Positions 1 to 7,509 of a stretch of DNA of 8,245 nucleotides are shown one piece after another. Positions within the stretch are counted from its first letter, which is position 1. The number at the start of each line of letters is the position of its first letter. The stretch spans positions 1 through 8,245 of the forward strand of contig NW_021828486.1 in NCBI RefSeq assembly GCF_006345805.1. The letters are read 5' to 3'. The notes under the pieces were generated by a model. The model was not told the origin of the DNA and ran no database searches. It was given only the letters and a program-made list of their open reading frames with translations. Origin of the DNA: Octopus sinensis (taxonomy: Eukaryota). Made by a program: the position numbers and the translations under genes.

Positions 1-191
1 AGTGTGACCTCACTTGTGCTGGTGTCACATAAAAAGCATCCAGTACACTCAGTAAAAGTGGTTGGCATTAGGAAGGGCGTCCAGCCATAGAAACAATGCC
101 AAAGCTGATAGAGCTTGGCACAGTCTTCTGACTTGCTAGCTCCTATCAAACTGCCTAATCCATACCAGCATGGAAAATGGATGATGATGAT
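1..191 (+). mobile_element. 3' portion of a SINE-like retroposon with (GAT)n tail, truncated by the window start
   Basis: Ends in GGATGATGATGAT (179-191). An antisense relative lies at 4632-4713, and 17-38 matches the reverse complement of 3400-3421 at 19/22. The GGCATTAGGAAGGGC..CCAGCC.TAGAAAC block is recalled as an abundant octopus repeat. Confidence 0.75.
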
Positions 192-372
192 ATAAATATC
201 ATTGACATAACAAGAATTTAGAAACTTTTGAGAAAACATGAAATAATGCTTTTTGGAATGGTAGATCATGAAGTAGATAAAACTATAAAAAAACTGCATC
301 TTAAAAAACCCTTTGGATAAAAAAGTGAAAAAAAGATATATATTTATATGTGTAGTGATGCTACTGTGTAAG

Positions 373-447
373 GTTCAGCGCGCATGCGCAGAATGGGACT
401 ACTTCCGTGGCCACCGGAAGTCTTCCCCATGCGCATGTGCGGTGAAC
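373..447. promoter_or_regulatory. Dyad-symmetric NRF1-ETS-ETS-NRF1 promoter core
   Basis: CGCGCATGCGCA (379-390) is a perfect YGCGCAYGCGCR match. ACTTCCGT (401-408) and ACCGGAAGT (413-421) are opposed ETS sites. TGCGCATGTGCG (430-441) has 1 mismatch to NRF1. Confidence 0.7.
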
Positions 448-449
448 TG

Positions 450-786
450 ACCCCCTAAGGCACACAGACTCATTCCCTTCCTCTGGGCATTTGTCAGCCA
501 TCGTGAACAGACGTTGCATTGGTAGTCTCTGATACCACACCGCTCTTGACTTAGCCGCGGACGACATCGAACCCACCTTCAAAACCAACAAACAAGAAGC
601 TGTACAACAGATTCGGCTGTCGGTTTCCCATCAGATATACGCGACACCATCACAATAATAACAAACTGCTGTCTTTCACTTTCACCGATAAAACCTGACT
701 TCGTCTGTTATATCTAACTAAATTGTATGTGACGGATCGGATCGACACCCTTTCAGTGATACCGCGACCAGATCCTGTTTACATAT
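450..786 (+). other. Putative non-coding first exon (start approximate) ending at 5' splice donor AT|GTAAGT
   Basis: Lies directly downstream of the promoter motifs, and CpG richness stops at the GTAAGT at 787-792. The only internal ATG (727) is immediately followed by TGA. The TSS cannot be located; a pyrimidine-rich tract at 473-484 is a candidate. Confidence 0.45.
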
Positions 787-865
787 GTAAGTATATGTTT
801 GTGTGTATATGCATATATTATATGTATAAGTATAGGCTATGTATAATATAAATGTGTGTGTGTGT

Positions 866-1133
866 GAGGGCACATGGCTTAGTGGTTAGGGCATTCAGCT
901 CATGATCATAAGGTTGTGAGTTTGATTCCTCAGCAAACAAAAACAAGTAGTACCTGTATTTCAAACAAGAGCCACCCTTGTCACACTCTGTTTCACACTG
1001 AATCTCCTTGCGAACTATGTTAAGGGTACACATGTCTGTAGAATGCTCAGCCACTTGCATGTTAATTTCATGAGCAAGCTGTTTGGTTGATCGTATCAGC
1101 TGGAACCCTCATCGTCATAACTGACGGAGAGCT
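866..1133 (+). mobile_element. tRNA-derived SINE, internally deleted (copy A)
   Basis: A-box TGGCTTAGTGG (875-885) and B-box-like GAGTTTGATTCC (918-929). Its 3' part 1080-1127 is 38/48 identical to the reverse complement of 1542-1589. Confidence 0.85.
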
Positions 1134-1157
1134 CCTATATATATAAGTATATGTGTG

Positions 1158-1463
1158 TAAAGGGTAAAAGGGTAAAGACCCCATTTGGTCGTGAATGACC
1201 ATGGGATGCACCTAGAAAATTCTCCAATGCACAAGTCTGGGCAAGGTTGTTTTGGAAGACTAGCAGTCCCCATGCATACTAACCTCCCCTCTCTACATAC
1301 TGATGTTATCCAAGGGAAAGGCAAAGGTTAATACAGCTTGACACCAGTGATGTTGCAACATGACCTAAAGTGTCTTGCTCAAGAACACAACCCAGAGCCT
1401 GTTCCAGGAATCAAACTCACTACCTCATAGACTGTAAGCCCAACGCTCCAACCACTGAGCCAT

Positions 1464-1465
<2 letters not shown>
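1158..1465 (-). mobile_element. tRNA-derived SINE with (ACCCTTT)n-type tail (copy B)
   Basis: On the minus strand: A-box TGGCTCAGTGG (1462-1452), B-box-like GAGTTTGATTCC (1418-1407), then TTGTGTTCTTGAGCAAGACACTTTA. Tail TTTACCCTTTTACCCTTTA at 1176-1158. Confidence 0.85.
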
Positions 1466-1509
<44 letters not shown>

Positions 1510-1532
1510 CATACACACACAACACACACACA
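1465..1532. repeat. (CA)n microsatellite
   Basis: 22 perfect CA units at 1465-1508, then interrupted. Confidence 0.97.
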
Positions 1533-1539
1533 TGTATTA

Positions 1540-1726
1540 TTCCATCGCTTATGATGATGAGGGTTCCAGTGAATCCGATCAACGGAACATGGGCAAATGA
1601 CTGAGCACTCCACAAAAAAATGTATCTTTAACATGAAATAAGGTGTCTTACTCAAGTACACATTGCGTCACTGGGAATTGAACTCACAACCATAAGCCAA
1701 ATATCCTGACCTCTAAGACATGCGCC
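1540..1726 (-). mobile_element. tRNA-derived SINE, same family as copy A, inverted and internally deleted (copy C)
   Basis: The minus-strand head GGCGCATGTCTTAGAGG...GAGTTCAATTCC resembles 868-929. The 3' part matches 1080-1127. Confidence 0.8.
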
Positions 1727-1874
1727 TATACACATACACACACACACATATATTATATACACACATACATATATAATATATATACACACACATATATAAT
1801 ACATAAATATATAAATTTATATATATAAATGTACATAGCACTCATATATATAATGTATACACACAGACACACAC

Positions 1875-1923
<49 letters not shown>

Positions 1924-1936
1924 CATATACATGTAT
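1727..1936. repeat. Compound (CA)/(TA) low-complexity tract including perfect (AT)15
   Basis: Perfect AT run at 1881-1910 within mixed CA/TA sequence. Confidence 0.95.
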
Positions 1937-1961
1937 AAGAAAGAGAGATGACAAAGGAATA

Positions 1962-2049
1962 AGTGATTATCTTATGAACTTCATATGAACTTCTAACGAT
2001 GATGAACTTATGAACTTACAGTGATTATCTCCTGAACTTCTTGTGAACT
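1962..2049 (-). promoter_or_regulatory. Cluster of six AGTTCA nuclear-receptor half-sites (DR5, DR2, DR5) with two GATA sites
   Basis: TGAACT starts at 1975, 1986, 2003, 2011, 2033 and 2044, with within-pair spacers of 5, 2 and 5 nt. TTATCT (AGATAA on minus) at 1967-1972 and 2025-2030. Function is inferred only. Confidence 0.4.
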
Positions 2050-2132
2050 TAAACTCATCTGACACTTTGTTCTGAAACATAATCGTATTGAGTTCTACAT
2101 TGGGTTGTTGGTCTTGCAATGTCTAAGTAAAA

Positions 2133-2176
<44 letters not shown>

Positions 2177-2185
2177 CATCTATCC

Positions 2186-2244
<59 letters not shown>
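2133..2244. repeat. (TATC)n / (GATA)n tetranucleotide microsatellite
   Basis: 28 units with two CATC variants at 2177 and 2185. Confidence 0.98.
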
Positions 2245-2247
<3 letters not shown>

Positions 2248-2251
2248 TAGT

Positions 2252-2252
<1 letters not shown>

Positions 2253-2282
<30 letters not shown>
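2253..2282. repeat. (AC)n(AT)n microsatellite
   Basis: Read directly from the sequence. Confidence 0.9.
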
Positions 2283-2283
<1 letters not shown>

Positions 2284-2454
2284 TCCAAGAAAGTTAGAGG
2301 TTGTGAATCCAACCCACTAAGGGATAATATTTATCCAATATACTGCTGGTAGAATTCCCAATTATTAATACACAATGTTTTTTATTGCATTGCAATTACA
2401 TTACAGAGTGTACTAAATGGGTGAGGGTAAAGAGATATTTCACCATTAATTTAT

Positions 2455-2704
2455 AGAGCAATAAGAAAATGGAGGGAATCAATAGGTGGTTCATCAACTT
2501 TAAGACATTAAATTATGTCAACTTATTTATTTATTTACTAAAATGACAATTACAGCAATATACATACATGTATAACATAGTATGCTTTACGTATATAATA
2601 CATAAAGACACCAGTAATTATTAAAATATATAATATACAGGAATAATATAATGTCTAAAAGTTGATGAACCACCTATTGATCCCCTCCATTTTCTTATTG
2701 CTCT
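2455..2704. mobile_element. Fold-back / MITE-like element with 56-bp inverted arms
   Basis: 2455-2510 and 2649-2704 are reverse complements at 54/56, around a 138-bp AT-rich spacer. There is no clean TSD (TA on the left, TG on the right), so the class is uncertain. Confidence 0.6.
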
Positions 2705-2718
2705 GTGTGTGTATGTGT

Positions 2719-3427
2719 GATAATGACAAAGGTCATGGTCATTGTACCCCATGAGGCCAAACACTCAAAAAGAACTCACCCACTTTGCCTCCATGAGGTC
2801 CAATGCTCAAAAAGAACTCACCCACTTTGCCTCCATGAGGTCCAATGCTCAAAAAGAACTCAGCCACTTTGCCTCCATGAGGTCCAATGCTCAAAAAGAA
2901 CTCAGCCACTTTGCCTCCATGAGGTCCAATGCTCAAAAAGAACTCAGCCACTTTGCCTCCATGAGGTCCAATGCTCAAAAAGAACTCAGCCACTTTGCCT
3001 CCATGAGGTCCAATGCTCAAAAAGAACTCAGCCACTTTGCCTCCATGAGGTCCATGCTCAAAAAAGAACTCAGCCACTTTGCCTCCATGAGGTCCAATGC
3101 TCAAAAAGAACTCAGCCACTTTGCCTCCATGAGGTCCAATGCTCAAAAAGAACTCAGCCACTTTGCCTCCATGAGGGTCCCTGCTCAAAGAACTCAGCCA
3201 CTTTGCCTCCATGAGGTCCAATGCTCAAAAAAGACTCAGCCACTTTGCCTCCATGAGGTCCATGCTCAAAAAGAAACTCAGCCACTTTGCCTCCATGAGG
3301 TCCAATGCTCAAAAAGAACTCAGCCACTTTGCCTCCATGAGGTCCAATGCTCAAAAGAACTCAGCCACTTTGCCTCTGTGAAAACCAGCACTCAAAAGGT
3401 GTTCTTTATGTGCCACCAGCATGGGTG
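2719..3427 (-). mobile_element. Fragment of a SINE-like repeat hosting the 42-bp minisatellite
   Basis: The right flank 3400-3421 matches the SINE at 17-38 (19/22, antisense). Both edge units grade into non-repeated flank. That the left flank belongs to the same element is from recall. Confidence 0.55.
2746..3398. repeat. 42-bp minisatellite, about 15.5 copies (GCCACTTTGCCTCCATGAGGTCCAATGCTCAAAAAGAACTCA)
   Basis: CATGAG recurs every 42 bp from 2750 to 3170, then at 3210, 3252, 3294 and 3336. A degenerate last unit sits near 3377. Confidence 0.98.
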
Positions 3428-3468
3428 TACTTGGCTTCTATATATACACACACACACACACACACACA

Positions 3469-4445
3469 GCCACCATCACAAGTTATGCAGACGATACAAA
3501 AGTATCACCGGTAATACCGAACCCTGAAGACACTATGCACCTGCAATGTGAGCTGGATGAAATACACAAGTGGGCTGAAAAGAATAGCATGCAGTTTAAT
3601 ACTGAAAAGTTTCAAGCCTTGTGCTTGAAACTTTTTTGCATGCTTTTTTCAAGCATGCAAAAGTAAATGCAATCCCCACCTAGAGGATCGCAATCCCAGA
3701 AGCACAATCAGTGCGAGACCTGGGAATTTACATGAGTAATGATGCATCCTTCCATGTGCATGTTGCTAAATTGGGCAATGAAATGCAGGCACCTGACCGG
3801 ATGGATTCTTAGAACAAGAGATCAGGAAACCATGATGGTCCTCTGGAGGACACTTGTTCTAAGTCACTTTGACAATTGCTCTCAGCTATGGTCATCAACC
3901 AGAGTCAAATTTGTCTCAGAACTTGATGCAATCCAATGAAGCTACATGAAGAAGATAGCCTTTACACAGCATATAAGCTACTGGAAAATACTCAAGAGAT
4001 TAAGACTCTATTCCTTAGAGCATAGGTGAGAAAGATATGCCATAATATACATCTGGAAGGACTTGTCCTAAACTTTGGCATTGAGAGTAACACAAATACT
4101 AGAACTGGGCGCCACTGCATAGTGCCAAGGACTCCAAATTTATCATCAAGATGTAGGACAAGATACTGCAAGAGCCTGGGCTTCAGAGGTCCACAGCTCT
4201 TCAATAACCTCCTGAAGGACCTGAGAGACCTGCATGGGGTGGATGTAGGTGTCTTCAGAATAAAGCTGGACTGCTTACTGTCAAGTGTCCCAGATGAACC
4301 AATTTTGTGGCGGGAGGTGCAGATGAGGGCAGTGGCATCAAACTCCCTCATGCACCAAATGTCAATTCCTAAAAATGCATTTGTGAAGTAAAATTATGTA
4401 GCAACACCAATTGGCAGTGCCACAGCTCGTGAGCTGAAACTAGAT
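3469..4445 (+). mobile_element. 5'-truncated, decayed CR1-like LINE (RT C-terminal part plus 3' UTR)
   Basis: YADDTK at 3484-3501, then LQCELDEIHKWAEKNSMQFNTEKF, VRDLG, GWILRT, LVLSHFDNCSQLWS and LRLYSLEHR*ERY, which are typical of CR1-type ORF2. Stops and frameshifts are present, and the ORF ends at TAA 4389-4391. Confidence 0.9.
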
Positions 4446-4454
4446 CAACAGTCA

Positions 4455-4550
4455 ACATACATGTGTATATATAAGTTTATATATATTTTTGAATATTACA
4501 CTTACATGCATACATCCCCCCCACACACACACACACATCGAGGCACACAT
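4455..4550. repeat. TA/CA low-complexity tract
   Basis: Read directly from the sequence. Confidence 0.75.
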
Positions 4551-4631
4551 ATAATCATCAATATTGTTTTCTATTTGCTTTCCATTCTAGACACTTCAGC
4601 AATATTGAGCACTGCATCATACTCCAGGGTT

Positions 4632-4713
4632 TCAGCTTTAGTATGATTTCTATGTCTTGATGCCCTTCCTGATGCCAATAACTTTATAGTGTGTACTGGG
4701 TCCTTTTTTTTTT
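4632..4713 (-). mobile_element. Antisense fragment of the same SINE family as 1-191 (may extend to about 4575)
   Basis: TCAGCTTTAGTATGATTTCTATGTCTTGATGCCCTTCCTGATGCCAA..GTGTACTGG aligns to the reverse complement of about 30-110. Confidence 0.75.
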
Positions 4714-4748
4714 CGTATTGAAGATTGTCTTGCATCCTGGTAACGCTG

Positions 4749-4942
4749 GATTCAAATTTTGGCACCAGGCCAACAAGTTCAGGAGAAGGGCTGAGTCGAT
4801 CACATCAACCCCAGTCCTCAACTGGTGCTTTATATTATCAATCCTTAAAGGATGAAAGGCAAAATCGACCTTGGCAGATTTTGAACTGAGAATATAAATG
4901 CAGTCAAAATGCTGCAAATACTTCTGCCAGCTCACCACCTTA
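4749..4942 (-). mobile_element. tRNA-derived SINE of another family, head partly deleted
   Basis: The minus strand reads AAGGTGGTGAGCTGGCAGAA...CTCAGTTCAAAATC (B-box-like)...GGTCGATTTTGCCTTTCATCCTTT. It is recalled as a very abundant octopus SINE and has no second copy in the window. Confidence 0.7.
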
Positions 4943-4973
4943 TTGCCCCGCAGTAATATTGAAAAGTCCTCTC

Positions 4974-5230
4974 TACTCATTTACTCTTTTACTCTTTTAC
5001 TTGTTTCAGTCATTTGACTGTGGCCATGCTGGAGCACCGCCTTTAGTCGAGCAAATCAACTCCCAGGACTTATTCTTTGTAAGCCTAGTACTTATTCTAT
5101 CAGTCTCTTTTGCCGAACCGCTAAGTTACAGGGACGTAAACACACCAGCATCGCTTGTCAAGTGATGTTGGGGGGGACAAACACAGACACCAAACATATA
5201 CACAACACAACATCATACACACACACAACA

Positions 5231-5261
<31 letters not shown>

Positions 5262-5452
5262 TATAATATATTATACACACATATATATTACAGGCTTCTT
5301 TCAGTTTTCTGTCTACCAAATCCACTCACAAGCCTTTGGTCGGTCTGAGATTATAGTAGAAGACACTTGCCCAAGGTGTCACACAGTGGGACTGAACCCA
5401 GAACAAAGTGGTTCGTAAGCAAGCTACTTACCACACAGCCACTCCTGCACCT
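4974..5452 (-). mobile_element. Near full-length tRNA-derived SINE with CORE-like motif, internal microsatellite and (AGAGTAAA)n tail
   Basis: A-box-like TGGCTGTGTGG (5441-5431), B-box-like GGGTTCAGTCCC (5399-5388) and CCTTGGGCAAGT (5376-5365). CA/TA tract at about 5180-5288, and a tandem tail at 4974-5000. Confidence 0.85.
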
Positions 5453-5875
5453 AATGCAGTTTCTCCAAAAGGTCAATGATACAGTATCTTGGTGCTGCTT
5501 TTGCCATAAGGTCATTTTGTAACTTGCAACTCTAAAGAACCCCTAAAATTGAAAGAAAATAGGGGAGAGAGAGACAGAGGTGCTGAAAGGGGGTTAAGTT
5601 TGATAGGATGAACTGATTTATTGTTATGAGAGAGTGGTAATGGAGAAGGTAAGAAAATAGACATTGTTGGACAGGCAGAAGGGTTGAGAGATTCTGGCAC
5701 CAAGGCAAAGAATGCTCTCTCTTCAAATGCCCTGATGAAGTCCAGACTTGGTGACTTTGAATCATTGATTGCTTGATGTTCTGAATTTAGTTACTCCAAG
5801 TTTGAATCTTGTATCATAGTAAGTCTTTTTTTACTATTAGTAGTATAGAACCCAAGGTAACAGCAGTTCTTGGTT

Positions 5876-5935
5876 GTGTATGTACATATAAGTATGTATG
5901 AATGTGTGTATGTATATATGAATGTATGTATGTAA
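5876..5935. repeat. (TATG)-type low-complexity tract
   Basis: Read directly from the sequence. Confidence 0.75.
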
Positions 5936-5940
5936 AAATG

Positions 5941-7455
5941 GTGAATATTCTTCTTACCCGCCTGAATGGGGTTCATAAACGATGTCCTATCTGAATCTTA
6001 ATGTGTCTTCCGATCTGGTAGAGGGACAATGGATATGCACAGCCATACAGATGCAAGAGAAGTGCTATGAGCAGAATATGGATCTTGTCCAGGTATTCAT
6101 TGATTTAACAAAGGCCTTTTTTACTATGAATAGAGCCTTGCTATGGAAAATACTTGGCAAACTTGGATGTTCGGATTACTTTGTATCTATAATTAAATCA
6201 TTTCATGATAGGATGGAGGCTTGGGTCAATGTTGTTGATGACATGGCAGGACCCATTCCTGTAGAGAATGGTGCCAAGCAGGGTGACATTCTTGCCCAAA
6301 CTCTCTTTTCTTTGTACTTTGCTGCTGCTTTTACTCATGGTTTTGCTAAGGTTAGCTCTCTGGGAATATATGTTTAGGTATCAATCTTCTGATCGACTCT
6401 TTAATCTGTGCCAATTTGCTGCCAATTAAAAGTTTTCCAGTCTCTTATTCATCACCTCCTTTGGCAGATGACTGTGATTGTCACTCATACAGTTGGATGA
6501 CATGCAAATACTTATGAATCATATTTCTGCTTTTTGTAAGGCATTTGGACTCATCGTTAGCCTGGACAAACCTGTTGTATGTTCCAAACCTGCACCAGGA
6601 AATCCAATGTGAAACCAGCTATCTTCTTGTTGCAGGAACAATACTGAAAGTTGTAAACAAGTTTGTCTACCTCTCTCAGCCTCTCTTGCTCCATGAATGA
6701 TGAAATATCTTTCAGGCTGCAGAGAGCAACTGATTCCTGCCAGTCTCTTGAGTCTCATGTCTGGTCCCAGCATGGCATCACAAAGCAAACAAATATTGCT
6801 GTTCTGTGCATGTGTATTGACATTGCTCCTTTACCCATGTGAGACATGGACCCTTTACAAACATCATGTAAGGGTCCTTGAACGCCTTTGTCAGAGAGGT
6901 CTAAGACACATTCTGGATGTTTGCTGGGCCTTAAAAGTCCAGACATACAGGTCCTGAGGATAGCTGATATCTGTGTATTGAGGTGATGGTGCACAAGCAG
7001 CAGTTACGTTGGAACTGGCTCCTTATTAGAATAAGGATCAGGATCCTTAAACAATGCTATATGGGAACTTGTTAATGGAAAGAGACCCTGGCAGAAACCA
7101 AGGCTGTGATTTAAGGACTGTGTCAAGTGCTCATTAAAAGACTGTGATATGCAGGAACTGACTGGATGAGCATGCCTGTCATCGCCACAGATGGAGGGAG
7201 CAGGTAAAGAGGAGATTGACACCATTGAGTGAGCTGTATTCTGCATGAAGAACTTAAGCCTGCTGCTTGAAAGTGCACTGTTGGGTGTAGGGAATGAGGA
7301 AAGCTTGGTCTGAATTTTGCAGTCGTGTACACTTGTCAAGAGCAGGGTCATTAGCCACCAACGGAGCCGCAATGCAAAATATAAGTTAGTCCTAGAGTGC
7401 ATATATTCCTGAAGGTCAGCAATGGTGTTCCTCGATCACGAGTGATGGCCATCAT
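5941..7455 (+). mobile_element. 5'-truncated, decayed RTE-clade LINE (RT domain through 3' end)
   Basis: Motifs across frames: ES*CVFRSGRGTMDM, QEKCYEQN..L..VFIDLTKAF, GAKQGDILAQTLF, ADD at 6464-6472, LLLYPCETWTLY, ELVNGKRP..KPRL*FKD and a C-terminal CxxC. It has many stops and frameshifts and ends in GATGGCCATCAT. Confidence 0.92.
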
Positions 7456-7509
7456 GGTATTATGTGAGAGTGTGATTATATGTAATGTGGTTCGTGTATG
7501 TTTGTATAT

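Larger units (their letters stand above)
361..786. promoter_or_regulatory. CpG-rich, repeat-free island: likely promoter and 5' end of a gene
   Basis: About 25 CpG counted by eye in 361-780, against clear CpG depletion elsewhere. It contains NRF1 and ETS motifs and no repeat-like sequence. Confidence 0.7.

Noticed and set aside
361-591. 76-aa minus-strand ORF as a single-exon gene
   Set aside because: It begins at a non-ATG codon, has no recognisable domain, and runs through the promoter motifs. Only the internal ATG at 501 is kept, as a weak alternative.
866-935. tRNA genes at A/B-box heads (also about 1400-1465, 1670-1726, 5385-5452, 7510-7575)
   Set aside because: No complete cloverleaf is evident, and each head continues into a SINE body.
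818-2320. Short ORFs rich in HT, CV, IYLS or YI (also 5155-5418, 7612-7839, 7898-8152)
   Set aside because: They are translations of microsatellites and SINE sequence.
2729-2741. AGGTCA-TGGTCA nuclear-receptor DR0-like site
   Set aside because: It is a single occurrence inside a SINE-derived flank and is expected by chance.
2746-3398. CRISPR array
   Set aside because: Units are head-to-tail near-identical with no unique spacers. There are no cas genes and the context is eukaryotic.
2705-3527. ORFs of 169, 160 and 261 aa as real repeat proteins
   Set aside because: They are open only because the 42-bp unit lacks stops. They overlap on both strands, shift frame at indels, and run into a microsatellite and a LINE.
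3421-4391. Functional reverse transcriptase gene or domesticated CR1 ORF
   Set aside because: It is 5'-truncated just before YADD and carries several stops, frameshifts and an insertion.
5982-7400. Intact RTE ORF, or a bacterial-type RT (retron, group II intron, DGR)
   Set aside because: The motifs are RTE non-LTR type and are broken by many stops and frameshifts.
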